DNA from: Pyrinomonadaceae bacterium
GTDB taxonomy: Bacteria; Acidobacteriota; Blastocatellia; Pyrinomonadales; Pyrinomonadaceae
DNA length: 56,914 nt
Direction: 5' to 3'
NCBI GenBank assembly: GCA_035536135.1
Contig: DATLOR010000012.1
Location: 1 to 56,914, forward strand
The notes under the pieces were generated by a model. The model saw only the letters and a list, made by a program, of their open reading frames with translations, searched no databases and was not told where the DNA came from. The position numbers and the translations under genes were made by a program. Of this stretch, positions 1 to 10,200 are shown piece after piece (within the stretch, counting starts at the first letter, position 1; the number at the start of each line of letters is the position of its first letter).

Positions 1-1583
1 GCGCAGGCGACGCCGCCATTCGGCGTTCCGAGCATCACGAGATGCTTGACTTGCGGACGGGCATCGGGAACATTCGGCATTAATTTATGCAGATAAAGCC
101 GCGCGACCAACCCGCCGGTCGAATGCGCGACCATATCGACGTGCCACGCGTTTGATTCTTCCTGAGCGTATTTTACGTATTTCGCAAGCTGATCCGCATT
201 GTCGTATACGGAATTGGAACTTGCGTCACTCCCGTTCCACTTGCCCATCCGCATCACACCGTAACGCGTATTTTCACCGACAAGAAACGCCTTCCAATTG
301 TAACTGTGATTTTCGGTCAGCAAGTTTTGATAAAGCGGCTCCCAGATTTTGTAATCGGAATAAATGCCGTGAACGAGCACGAGCGGTTTCGGCGCGATGT
401 TGACGGCCTTTTCTTTTTCGTCTTTCTTCTGCCCGTTTTCCGCAAGCTCGGCTTTAATGCGGTGAAAAAGATGCGGGCGACCGTCGTCAAACCACGACTG
501 ACCTTCCGAATCCCAGATCAGTTCGACTTCGCGTTCCTCGCCCGCCTCGAGCCTGAGAGAAATCTCGCCTTCGGGCAAAAGCTCGTCCGCACGCGCATAG
601 TTGTATTTGTCGCCCTTGTAGGTTTCCGACACTTTCAGATCGGCGTATTTGGTTTCCCCCGACATATTCAAAACCGTCGCTTTGACCTTGATGCGGTTGC
701 CGTCGATCGTACCTTTCGGGTCTTCGATTTCCTTCCAATCCTCAAAATTCGGGAACTTCGGGTGCTCAAAACGCAGATCGGTGATGATCAATTTCTGCGG
801 ACAGCGCGTAAAACGCCACGTGACCTGAAAAATAAAACTTCTGACCGCGCCGCGACCGTCGTCGCCCCAGATTTTTGTGCCCTGAAGCGTATCGGGATTT
901 TTCGGGTCGATCTTCTGGCTGTCGATCGAAAAGCTTTCGCCTTCGATCGTAAACGGCTCGTTGGTCGAACGGTCATAGGGCTCGTTGTTTTTCGGCTGAC
1001 AATGCCCGCTCCGTTTGACGTGTTCTTCGCGTTTAAAAACTCCGCTTGCTTTCGGAAATTTCAGGCTGAAATTATAAATGCCGCCCATTTCGTCAACGTT
1101 CAGGTTAAACGATTCCGCCGAACCTTCAGCCTGCGCCTGCGTCTGGCGGTCGTCCGTCCCTTCGATGATGAACCAGTGTCCCGCTTCGCGTGAATTGCAG
1201 GTATCGAAAACTCTTTCTTCGCCCCAACTTAAATCCGTATCGGTAAAATTGACCTTCGTTGACACGACCGGAGTTTGCGGATTGCTGCCGTCAACGACGG
1301 CGCGTCCCGTGTAATCGTAATCGCGCGAGGTTTTATGCTTGATCCGGTCAATCGATTTGCGGATTCCGGGCTCGTCCGATTCCAGTGAATCTTTGAGCGT
1401 TCGTTTATAAGTCACGACGCCGCTCCAACCGCCCGCGCATTTCGGCGTTTGTTTGGTCGAAACGGCAGATTTCGGCTTCGGCGTCTGCGCCGGAGCGAAC
1501 GGCGCAAAACTCTGCAAAATACTCAGACAAAGCAGAAAGCTGAATAGACGATTGAAAATTTGAAAATTTGAATTAGACCGCAT
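1..1583 (-). CDS. secreted alpha/beta-hydrolase (lipase-like), 3' end beyond window; paralogue of 1723..4413
   Basis: Not in the ORF track because it has no in-window stop. My minus-strand translation from ATG 1583..1581 gives signal peptide MRSNSNFQIFNRLFSFLLCLSIL. It continues with CAGGWSG, KPLVLVHGIYSDY, nucleophile elbow VAHSTGGLVARLYL and LGTPNGG, colinear with the 896-aa neighbour. Confidence 0.8.
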   Translation of the reverse strand, partial: MRSNSNFQIFNRLFSFLLCLSILQSFAPFAPAQTPKPKSAVSTKQTPKCAGGWSGVVTYKRTLKDSLESDEPGIRKSIDRIKHKTSRDYDYTGRAVVDGSNPQTPVVSTKVNFTDTDLSWGEERVFDTCNSREAGHWFIIEGTDDRQTQAQAEGSAESFNLNVDEMGGIYNFSLKFPKASGVFKREEHVKRSGHCQPKNNEPYDRSTNEPFTIEGESFSIDSQKIDPKNPDTLQGTKIWGDDGRGAVRSFIFQVTWRFTRCPQKLIITDLRFEHPKFPNFEDWKEIEDPKGTIDGNRIKVKATVLNMSGETKYADLKVSETYKGDKYNYARADELLPEGEISLRLEAGEEREVELIWDSEGQSWFDDGRPHLFHRIKAELAENGQKKDEKEKAVNIAPKPLVLVHGIYSDYKIWEPLYQNLLTENHSYNWKAFLVGENTRYGVMRMGKWNGSDASSNSVYDNADQLAKYVKYAQEESNAWHVDMVAHSTGGLVARLYLHKLMPNVPDARPQVKHLVMLGTPNGGVAC

Positions 1584-1670
1584 AATTTTTTCCCCCGGGT
1601 TTTACCGTCATTGTTCCAATAAAACCGGTTCTTACCTTCTAACGCGAAAATCGCCGCACAAAAGGGTCAA

Positions 1671-1702
1671 AAAAAAGGCGATTCGCTGGAACCGCCTTTT
1701 TC
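1671..1702 (-). terminator. rho-independent terminator after 1723..4413
   Basis: Minus strand reads GGCGGTTC-cagc-GAATCGCC followed by a T7 run, about 20 nt past the stop codon. Confidence 0.7.
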
Positions 1703-1722
1703 AAAGTGCTTTTTGTTTGAAT

Positions 1723-4413
1723 TTATTTGCCTTTCGTTTTGACTGAAACCGGCGGTTTCGCCGCGCCGATCGTCAGACCGGCGGCGGCGACCAATACTTG
1801 GGAATTCGTTTCGGCTTTTGCCGTGACGGAATAATCGCCGTTTGCCAGTTTTTCGGTCAGCGCGCCGTAAACTCCGTCGTTCGCCGCGCCGTCACCGCTT
1901 TTTCCGTCGTCGAAAAGAGCGATTTCAGACGTTTTTGCTTCATCGGACAAAATCCGCGCTTTGACCGTCGCACCGATGACGGGCGCGTTGTTTTCCGACA
2001 ATTTTGCAACGAGCGGAACTTGTCCGGCGGCGTTCGGCGCGCCCGCTTCGATGCCGAATCTGACGCGGTTTGCCGAGCTGTCCGTCCACACGGAAACGAC
2101 GACGGAAGTTTCTGCGGTTCCAGTATTTTCAAGCCGCAGTTTCCAAACGCCGTTTGCCGGAGCGTTTTCGATTGGAATCGAGCGAAAATCGAATTTCGCC
2201 TGCGCCGTTCCCGCCAAGCTTTTTCCAACGACCGCACCTTTATCGTTAATTAACACGGCAGAAACGGTCGGCGCCGCCATAAACGTGACGCCGGAATTTG
2301 CATTCGCGGTCACAGGAATTTCAATCTCCGCCGACTGTTTGGCGGGCAAAACGACCTCTTTTGCCAGATCCATCTTGAGATTTTCGGGCAAAGCGGGTTT
2401 TTCGTCCTCAAAGTTTTCGTTTCGGTTAAAAGCCGCATTGACCAATTGCATCGGGTTTGAGTTTCGATTGTCGAAATTTTCGTAATTCGCCCGGTAATTG
2501 TTATCGGGTTTGTGGTCGCCGCGCCAGCTGACGGCGAGCCTGCGCCAGACGAAATATTCGAAATTTTCTTTGCTCGTCAGATCCGTGTGAACGCTGCGGG
2601 CGTAGCGGTAATCGTTGATTTCCCAGATCGCCGAAGGCAGTTCGACGACGCCGTCGCCCCAAACGGCTGACTGGCAGGTTTGCGGCAAAGGATTTCCGAC
2701 CAAGACCGAAAAGCGCGTTCCCTTTCGATTGCGAACAGCTTTATTAAAACGTTCCATAAACGCGGGGCGCAGCTGTTCGAGCGACGTCACGGGTTTGCCG
2801 AGCGACCAGAACGCAAAGCCCATCAAATTCGCACACGGCGAGCCCATATTCGGCGTGCCGAGCAGAACAAGCCGCGTCAGCGCGGGTTTGCCGTCGGGAG
2901 GCGTCTCCATCAGGAAATGAATATAATGCCGCGCGATAATTCCGCCCATCGAATGGACGACCGCATCAACGTGCCACGCATTTTTATTGCGGCGGACGGC
3001 TTCGATCTGTTTGTTTAGCTCAATGGCGTTCTGATCGATCGTGTTCGACGGTTTCCAGGTTCCTTTCGTCCCGGTGTTCATCACGCCGTTTTGCGGGTCG
3101 GCGCCGACCGCGTAACTCGACCAACTCGAACTGTGCGCGTTTTTGAAAAATTTGTCGTAGCCGTCCCACGAAGTGTAATCCGCCCAGAGTCCGTGCGCTA
3201 AGATAACGGGACGCGGAATGATCAAAACGTCGGCTGAGAGACTTTTCGGCGGCGCGGTCGGTTCGGTCATTTCGACTTTGACTTCGCGCCCTGATGCGGG
3301 AATGCCGCCGATTTCCCACGACCAGCCGCTCGTGTCCCAGAGATATTCGACCTCGCGCGATTCACCCGGCGCGATCGAGATATTTCTTTCGCTGTCCGGC
3401 AGTTCCGCGCCCGCGCGCTGCTCAGTAAATTTCAATTGCGGAAATTTCGTTTCGTTTGAGTAATTCGTGACGCGGGCGCGCACGCGGACGATATTGCCGT
3501 CAACGGTTTCGCCGTCCACTTTGCGCCATTCGTCCCAGCGCGGATATGGATGCTCGTCAAATTCGACCGCTTCGAGTTCGAGCGGTGCGGGACAGCGGCG
3601 AAAGCTCCACGTCACGGTATATTTAAAACTTTTCACGTCCGCCGAGCTCGTGTCCCAGGTTTTCGAACCCGCCAGCACATCGGGATTTTTCGGGTCGATT
3701 TTCTGGTATTCGATCACCTCGCTGACCGCTTCGACCTTCGCGGGTTCGGTTTTTGAATTGTCCGAAGATTCGTTGTTTTTCGCCCCGCACCAGCCGCCGC
3801 GCGTAATTTTATCTTCGCGGTTGATGGTTCCGCTCATTTCGGGGAATTGAAAACTAAATCCGTAAGTTCCGTCGTAAGGATTGAAATTCAGGTTGAAATT
3901 TTCCGCCGCGCCTTCGCCGAAAGCATTCAGGATGTCGTTATCGACGGTTTCGCTCCACTGGTCGCGCACGCCTTTGCCGTCGTAAAAACAAGTATCCTGC
4001 TGAACGAAACGCTTGAAACGGCGGTCTTCGTCGGTCAAAGAAGTCTGAACTTTGGTCAGCGGCTGATCGGGATTTTGCGAACCGTTGACCGTGATTCTGC
4101 CCGTGTATTTGTAATTGCGCGAGGTCACGTTCCGCGTCGTGCCGACTGTCCGGTTTTTCTGCGTTGTATCGCTTGATTCGTTCAAAGTTTTCGTAAAATT
4201 GATAAAACCGCTCCATCCGCCGCTGCATTTTTGCGGAGCTTGTTTGTTTGAAACGGGCTGATCGGTTTTCGGCGTCGTGGTCGTCCGCTTTCGCGTCTGC
4301 GCCGGAGCAAACGGCAAGACGCCGTGAATGATGCTGAGGCAAAGAAGAATGCCTGTGAATTTTTTGATAAACGCTCTTTTCATTTTATTTTCTCCGAAAT
4401 ATTCTTTCGCCAA
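1723..4413 (-). CDS. secreted lipase-like alpha/beta-hydrolase with shared N-terminal domain and C-terminal beta-rich extension
   Basis: ORF track, 896 aa. The more likely start is MKRAF at 4383, followed by a signal peptide. Motifs: CSGGWSG N-domain shared with the left paralogue, PVILAHGLWADYTSW, GXSXG elbow VVHSMGGIIARHYI, LLGTPNMGSP. Confidence 0.85.
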   Translation of the reverse strand: MAKEYFGENKMKRAFIKKFTGILLCLSIIHGVLPFAPAQTRKRTTTTPKTDQPVSNKQAPQKCSGGWSGFINFTKTLNESSDTTQKNRTVGTTRNVTSRNYKYTGRITVNGSQNPDQPLTKVQTSLTDEDRRFKRFVQQDTCFYDGKGVRDQWSETVDNDILNAFGEGAAENFNLNFNPYDGTYGFSFQFPEMSGTINREDKITRGGWCGAKNNESSDNSKTEPAKVEAVSEVIEYQKIDPKNPDVLAGSKTWDTSSADVKSFKYTVTWSFRRCPAPLELEAVEFDEHPYPRWDEWRKVDGETVDGNIVRVRARVTNYSNETKFPQLKFTEQRAGAELPDSERNISIAPGESREVEYLWDTSGWSWEIGGIPASGREVKVEMTEPTAPPKSLSADVLIIPRPVILAHGLWADYTSWDGYDKFFKNAHSSSWSSYAVGADPQNGVMNTGTKGTWKPSNTIDQNAIELNKQIEAVRRNKNAWHVDAVVHSMGGIIARHYIHFLMETPPDGKPALTRLVLLGTPNMGSPCANLMGFAFWSLGKPVTSLEQLRPAFMERFNKAVRNRKGTRFSVLVGNPLPQTCQSAVWGDGVVELPSAIWEINDYRYARSVHTDLTSKENFEYFVWRRLAVSWRGDHKPDNNYRANYENFDNRNSNPMQLVNAAFNRNENFEDEKPALPENLKMDLAKEVVLPAKQSAEIEIPVTANANSGVTFMAAPTVSAVLINDKGAVVGKSLAGTAQAKFDFRSIPIENAPANGVWKLRLENTGTAETSVVVSVWTDSSANRVRFGIEAGAPNAAGQVPLVAKLSENNAPVIGATVKARILSDEAKTSEIALFDDGKSGDGAANDGVYGALTEKLANGDYSVTAKAETNSQVLVAAAGLTIGAAKPPVSVKTKGK

Positions 4414-4457
4414 AACTTTTTCGGCTCTACACTTTAACGCGCATAATTCCAGAAAAA

Positions 4458-4510
4458 AGTCTCAAGTCCCAAGTTAAAAGAATTTCTCTTAAAACTTGGG
4501 ACTTGAGACT
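4458..4510 (-). terminator. strong rho-independent terminator after 4542..6008
   Basis: Perfect 18-bp inverted repeat AGTCTCAAGTCCCAAGTT (4458..4475) / AACTTGGGACTTGAGACT (4493..4510) with a 17-nt loop. A T-run follows on the minus strand. Confidence 0.85.
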
Positions 4511-4541
4511 TTAGTCCCGCCTTCCGTTTGCTTGGTTTGAA

Positions 4542-6008
4542 CTATTTACCGACCGTTTCGACAATCGCTTGCGCGGCTTGTTCGACGACCGGCGAGATGA
4601 TGTCTTCGCCTGCCGATTTGGCTTTCGATTTGAACTGTTTCGTTAAAGCGACTGTTCCGCCGTTTTTCAAACTGATGTCGAGCGTCAATTCGTCTTTCGG
4701 TTTGATATTCGAAGTGGCGGCAACCACGGATGTCACGGCGACCTGTCCGGCGACATTGCCCGCCGTATTGCCCCAGGCTCCGCCGCCGGTCTGCGCGACG
4801 ACCGCCCCGAGCGCTTTACCGAAACCGAAACCGCCGCCGCCTTTTTTGTGCGAAACCGTTGCGTAAAGCACGTAATCGCAGTCCTTTTCCTTGGCTTCGG
4901 CGTCGATCGCCGATTGCAGTTTGGCTTCGAGCTGAACGATCTCGACTTTTGTGCCTTTCAGATATTGCGCTAAAGAATTTTGAATCGCGCCGGCAAGTTC
5001 CGCCGCATTGACGCCTTCGCCGACCGCACCGGTTTTGACGCTCGCCAGACCGATCCGAACCGTGCCTTCTTTTTTCGGTTCGACCGTCGAAGAAGTAGAA
5101 TTATTGCTTTCGCTTCTTTGCGAATTCATCGTGCTGATCGTCGAATTCATACTCGAATTATTCATCGAGGAATTCTGGCTCGTCGAGCTGTAGGAAGTTG
5201 TCGAAGTCGAACTGCTGCTGCTCGAAGACATTGAAGCATACATACTTTGCGCGTCTTTGACTTCGCGCCAGCCGTCGGGAATTTCAAATAAAGCCTGATC
5301 GAGCGTGGCGTTCGCCAGTTCGAGAACTTCGTTGGTCATCGTGAAAGTTTCTTTATCATTGGCGTCGAACATTGTCATTTTTTCCAAAACCGGATAACCG
5401 CGCTTGGTCACGCTGCCGATCTGTTTGACGTTGTATTTATCCTGGCAGCCGCCCGATTTGCTGTTGTTGTAATAACCGGCGCGCGTGCCGTAATCGCAGT
5501 CGAGCGCGAAAGCCGCGTCAATATACCAGCCGTCCGTCACCATTTTCGATTTCGGCATCGGTGTGCAGGCGTCGGCTGAAGCTTCGGTTTCGGTCGTGAT
5601 GATCAAATGACGCGCATTGTAGCCGAACATCTTTTTCGTTTCGCCCGTGTCTTTGGTCGTAATTGTCGTTGTGATCACGCCGCCCTTTTTGACTTCCGTT
5701 TTGGTGTTGCCCGATTGGGTCGTCTGCGTCGGCGTCGTCGAATCGTTTTCCCACGAATTGATGATATAAACCTGTGTTTGCGGGTTGAGCTGAACACTGC
5801 GCTTCATATCGCACTGCGTCAGCGTAACCATCGTTCCCGTGCCGACATTTTGCTCGGTGCGTGAGCGTTTGCCTTTGATATAAGTCGTGTTTTCAGTAGA
5901 TTGTCCGCTCATCGTCATACGGCTTTTAACTTTGACGTCGGCGAAAGCGGTGATTGATAAAGTTACGGTTAAGATTGCGAATAAAATATATTGAACTGAC
6001 TTTTTCAT
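4542..6008 (-). CDS. secreted protein of unknown function with Ser/Thr/Asn-rich linker
   Basis: ORF track lists 4542..6140. I moved the start to MKKSVQYILFAILTVTLSITAFA (ATG 6008), which gives a signal peptide and removes the overlap with the divergent sigma gene. A low-complexity SSSSSSSTSTTSYSSTSQNSS linker sits at about nt 5090..5245. No family recognised. Confidence 0.75.
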   Translation of the reverse strand: MKKSVQYILFAILTVTLSITAFADVKVKSRMTMSGQSTENTTYIKGKRSRTEQNVGTGTMVTLTQCDMKRSVQLNPQTQVYIINSWENDSTTPTQTTQSGNTKTEVKKGGVITTTITTKDTGETKKMFGYNARHLIITTETEASADACTPMPKSKMVTDGWYIDAAFALDCDYGTRAGYYNNSKSGGCQDKYNVKQIGSVTKRGYPVLEKMTMFDANDKETFTMTNEVLELANATLDQALFEIPDGWREVKDAQSMYASMSSSSSSSTSTTSYSSTSQNSSMNNSSMNSTISTMNSQRSESNNSTSSTVEPKKEGTVRIGLASVKTGAVGEGVNAAELAGAIQNSLAQYLKGTKVEIVQLEAKLQSAIDAEAKEKDCDYVLYATVSHKKGGGGFGFGKALGAVVAQTGGGAWGNTAGNVAGQVAVTSVVAATSNIKPKDELTLDISLKNGGTVALTKQFKSKAKSAGEDIISPVVEQAAQAIVETVGK

Positions 6009-6183
6009 GATTGCTCCTTTTTTTGCGGCTGATTTATGCCTTCGATACTTAACGCGCAAACTTTTTGAAAAACGTATCATCAAAAGCGAAAAGATTTTTT
6101 CGCAAACCCGAACCGATTGCAGAAAAAGCCTTATTTTCATATACTTTAATTACGATTTTGGACGTTCCGAGAATATTTTTATT

Positions 6184-6753
6184 GTGCCGACAACCCCTGA
6201 TAATGTTACGAAATTGCTGGTTGAGCTGACCGACGGCAACACGCAGGTTCTCGAACTGCTTTTGCCGATTGTTTACAACGAGTTACGCTCGCTTGCGAAT
6301 AATTATCTACGCCGCGAACGTGACGACCATACGCTTCAGCCAACCGCGCTCGTTCACGAAGCCTATATCAAGCTCGTTGACCAGAAAAACGTGCAGTGGC
6401 AAAACCGCGCCCATTTTTTCGGCGTCGCGGCAAATATTATGCGGCGGATTCTGGTCGATCACGCCCGTAAACACAATGCCGACAAACGCGGCGGCGAATT
6501 TTCCAAAGAACAGCTCGAAGAAGCATTGGTCGTCGTCTCGGATGAAAAATCCTTTGAACTTTTGGCGCTCGACGACGCGCTCGAACAATTGGCAAAGGTC
6601 GATCCGCAAAAATCGCGCATCGTCGAGCTTCGCTATTTCGGCGGCTTGTCGGTCGAAGAAACGGCGGAAGTTATGGGCATCAGCGAAATTACGGTCAAAC
6701 GACACTGGAAAATGGCAAAGGCGTGGCTCTACGGACAAATATCGAGACAGTAA
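6184..6753 (+). CDS. ECF-type RNA polymerase sigma factor (TIGR02999 / ECF43-like)
   Basis: ORF track lists 6007..6753. The in-frame GTG at 6184 gives a family-typical N-terminus, VPTTPDNVTKLLVELTDGNTQVLELLLPIVYNELRSLA. The region-2 and region-4 helices follow: TLQPTALVHEAYIKL, IVELRYFGGLSVEETAEVMGISEITVKRHW. Confidence 0.85.
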   Translation: MPTTPDNVTKLLVELTDGNTQVLELLLPIVYNELRSLANNYLRRERDDHTLQPTALVHEAYIKLVDQKNVQWQNRAHFFGVAANIMRRILVDHARKHNADKRGGEFSKEQLEEALVVVSDEKSFELLALDDALEQLAKVDPQKSRIVELRYFGGLSVEETAEVMGISEITVKRHWKMAKAWLYGQISRQ

Positions 6754-6767
6754 GCAGTTGGCAGTTG
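6754..6767. repeat. left arm of inverted heptad repeat flanking the four-helix-bundle cassette
   Basis: GCAGTTG GCAGTTG lies directly after the sigma stop codon. 6756..6767 is the perfect reverse complement of 7189..7200. Confidence 0.8.
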
Positions 6768-6788
6768 ATTTGAAGGTGAAATTGCGAT

Positions 6789-7163
6789 TTGAAAATGGAC
6801 GGACATAAGAGTTTGAGAGTTTATCAATTAGCATATCAACTGACGATGGAGATTTTTCACTTGTCGAAAAAGTTTCCACCTGAAGAGCGGTATTCATTAA
6901 CTGACCAAATTCGCCGTTCTTCACAAAGTGTTCCGGCTAATATTGCTGAAGGTTATCGTAAAAGACAGTATCCAAAAGTTTTTGCCAATAAAATGTCCGA
7001 TGCTGACGGTGAGGCAACTGAAACAACAGTTTGGTTGGACGTTGCTAAAGATTGTGAATATTTAGAAATCATAGATTATCAGAGATTAATCAATGGATAC
7101 GAGGAAGTAGGAAAAATGCTTGGTAATATGATTCTTCATCCGGAAAAATTCTTGCCAAGATAG
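6789..7163 (+). CDS. four-helix-bundle protein (23S rRNA intervening-sequence protein family)
   Basis: ORF track, 124 aa. Family hallmarks: YQLAYQLTMEIFHLSKKFPPEERYSLTDQIRRSSQSVPANIAEGY. Visibly more AT-rich than both neighbours. Confidence 0.85.
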   Translation: MKMDGHKSLRVYQLAYQLTMEIFHLSKKFPPEERYSLTDQIRRSSQSVPANIAEGYRKRQYPKVFANKMSDADGEATETTVWLDVAKDCEYLEIIDYQRLINGYEEVGKMLGNMILHPEKFLPR

Positions 7164-7171
7164 AGAATTTA

Positions 7172-7200
7172 CTGCCAACTGCCGCTGCCAACTGCCAACT
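7172..7200. repeat. right arm: about four inverted heptads (CTGCCAA)n
   Basis: CTGCCAACTGCCGCTGCCAACTGCCAACT ends 2 nt before the kinase ATG. It is complementary to the left arm at 6754..6767. Confidence 0.8.
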
Positions 7201-7202
7201 AA

Positions 7203-10200
7203 ATGAGTCCAGAACGATGGCAAAAAATTGAAGACGTTTTTCAATCGGTCGTTGACCTCGCGCCCGAAGAACGCGTGTTGTATCTCAACGAAAATTACGC
7301 CGATGACGCGGATTTGATCGCCGAGATCGAGCGTCTGATTTCCGATTACGAAGACGCCGGAGATTTTATCGAATCGCCCGTTTGGACCGACAGCTTTATG
7401 CTCGGCGCGACCGCCCGCGACCAGATCGGCGATGCTTTAAACGAAGAAATCAAAAAAGATAACGGTTCGATGATCGGCAAACGCCTCGGCGTTTACGTGC
7501 TCACCAAAGAGATCGGGCGCGGCGGAATGGGCGCGGTCTACCTGGCGGAACGCGCCGACGGCGAATTTCGCCAGCGCGTTGCTTTAAAGGTCATCAAACG
7601 CGGCATGGACACCGATTTTATCGTTCGCCGTTTTCGCAACGAACGCCAAATCTTAGCCTCGCTCGACCATCAAAACATCGCCCGCCTCCTGGACGGCGGC
7701 ACGACCGACGACGGTTTGCCGTTTTTCGTCATGGAATACATCGAAGGCTCGCCCGTTTACAGTTATTCCGACGCGAAAAAATTAAGTATCAACGAGCGTT
7801 TGCGTCTTTTTATCCGGATCTGCAACGCGGTCGATTACGCGCACGAAAACCTGATCATTCACCGCGACATCAAACCGACGAACATTCTCGTGACGGGCGA
7901 CGGAATGCCGAAACTGCTCGATTTTGGGATCGCGAAAATTCTCGATCCCGAGCTTGCCGCCGATTCGATCGACCCGACGGCGACCGCGATGCGGATGATG
8001 ACGCCCGAATACGCGAGCCCCGAACAGGTGCGCGGCGAAGCGGTCACCAAGGTCAGCGACATTTATTCTCTGGGCGTTCTGCTTTACGAGCTTCTCTCGG
8101 GACATCGCCCGTATCGTTTGAAAAATCGCGCTTTGCACGAGATCGCCCGCGTGATCTGCGATGAAGAACCCGAAAACTTGGGTTCGAGCCTGACGCGTGA
8201 AGATAATCTCGTACCGACCAGCGCCAACAATGAAAAAATCACGCTCGAAGCGATTTTTGCGAGCCGCAATGCGAGCCGCGAAAGTTTGCAGCGCGAGCTT
8301 TCGGGCGACCTTGAGCGCGTTGTGTTCAAAGCGCTCCGCAAAGACCCTCATGAGCGTTATCAATCTGCGAAGGAAATGGCGGAAGACGTCGCGCGTTATC
8401 TCGAAGGGCACTCGGTTCTCGCACCCGCTTCTTACCCGTCGAAAGCCGCTTTCACGCAGAGTTTGCACAAAACCAACCCCGACGAAATATCGGTTGCCGT
8501 ACTGCCTCTGAAATTGTTCGGTGCGGCGGCGAACGAAGAGACGGGCGACGATTATCTGTGCATCGGTCTGGCGGACGCGCTGATCACGCGGCTTTCAAAC
8601 GTGCGGCGTTTTGTCGTGCGCCCGACGAGCAGTGTTTTGAAATACGGAAACGCCGACACCGAACCGATCACGGCGGGCGAAGAGCTCGGCGTAAATTATC
8701 TGGTTGACGGCAATATCCGGCGCGTCGGGACGCGTCTGCGCGTGACGATCCAGCTTTTGAACATTCAGGAAGGCGCGGCGCGCTGGGCGGAAAAATTCGA
8801 CGAGGAATTTACCGACGTTCTGACGCTCGAAGATCTGATCTCGGAAAAAATTGCCGAAGCCCTGATGCCGCAGCTGACGGGCGACGAGCGCAATCAACTG
8901 AAAAAACGCGGCACGAACAGCGCGGAAGCCTTCGAGCATTACCTGCGCGGACGCCATTACTGGAACAGTTTCACGGAAGATGGTTTTGCCAAGGCGATCA
9001 TCGCTTATTACCAGGCGATCGCCCACGACCCGGGATACGCGCTCGCCTACGCCGGAATCGCCGATTATCACAACTGGCTCGGCGTCTACGGCGTTTTGCC
9101 GTCGAAGGAATGCTTTCAATCGGCGGTCGAAAACGCGCGCACGGCAATCGAGCTCGACCCGGAATTGGGCGAAGCCTACGCCTCGCTTGCGTTTGCCCAG
9201 CACGGCGGAGCCTTTGAATGGGAAGAAAGCGAACGGAATTTTCAAACCGCTCTGCGGCTTAATCCGAACGTTGCGGAAACGCACGTCTGGTATTCGATCA
9301 AGCTGACGACCGAAGGACGTTTTACGGAAGGCATCAAACACGCGGCGCGGGCGATCGAGCTCGACCCGCAAACGCCTTTTAATCAGCATAATCTCGGCTG
9401 GGTGATGTATTACGCGCGCCAATTCGACAAAAGTCTGCGGCAATACCTGAAAACCGCCGAAACATTTCCTTCGTATCCGCTCGCGCATTACGGATTGGCT
9501 TGGGTTTTGCGCTATCTCGGACGTTTTGACGAAGCCGTCAACGCCGCCAACCGCGCCCAGCAATTGATGAGCGAAAGCATTTTTTCGCTGCACGTTCAGG
9601 GACAGACTTTTGCCGCCGCCGGAATGCGCGAGCAGGCTGAGGTAATCTTAGAAAAACTCGATAAATTATCCGAACGGCAGTTTGTTTCGTCCTATCACAC
9701 GGCTTTGATCTACGCCTATCTCGACGAAAAAGAAAAAGCGATCGAGCTTTTGGAAACTTGCCGGCAAACTTCGGATGCGTGGCTGGTCTGGCTCGGCGTT
9801 GAACCGGCGTTCGACAGCTTGCGGGCAGATCCGCGTTTTAAGGCGGTGATGGAGCAGACAAAAAATCCGATCCTCAAACGCGACGCCGATTTCACGGAAA
9901 AATCCAACCCGACGATCGCCGTTTTGCCGTTCAAGGTGATGAATCAATCAAGCGAAACGAGTACGGACGACAAGTTTTTGGGTGTCGGTCTGGCAGACGC
10001 GCTGATCACGCGGCTTTCGAATGTCCGAAAATTCACCGTCCGCCCGACGAGCAGTGTTCTGCGCTACGACACGGAAAATAATCCGTTCAGCGCCGGTGCG
10101 GAGCTCGGCGTGGATTTTTTGATCGACGGCAATATCCGGCGCATCGGCGAAACGCTCCGCGTGACGGTTCAGCTTCTCTCGATCGAACAGGGCGCAACGC

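Noticed and set aside
306-1193. 295-aa plus-strand ORF (and similar ORFs 152..403, 1078..1314)
   Set aside because: It is antisense shadow of the lipase-like gene on the minus strand. Its composition is Arg/Phe/Val-rich and junk-like with no motifs, and the minus frame is colinear with a clear paralogue.
5090-5245. Ser/Thr/Asn-rich repetitive DNA as a possible hypervariable or contingency repeat
   Set aside because: It is an imperfect low-complexity coding linker within 4542..6008. There is no exact unit repeat that would support slippage-based phase variation.
6007-6183. N-terminal 59-codon extension of the sigma-factor ORF, and the 6009..6140 extension of the divergent secreted-protein ORF
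   Set aside because: The two extensions overlap each other on opposite strands and lack family features. An internal GTG (6184) and ATG (6008) give canonical N-termini.
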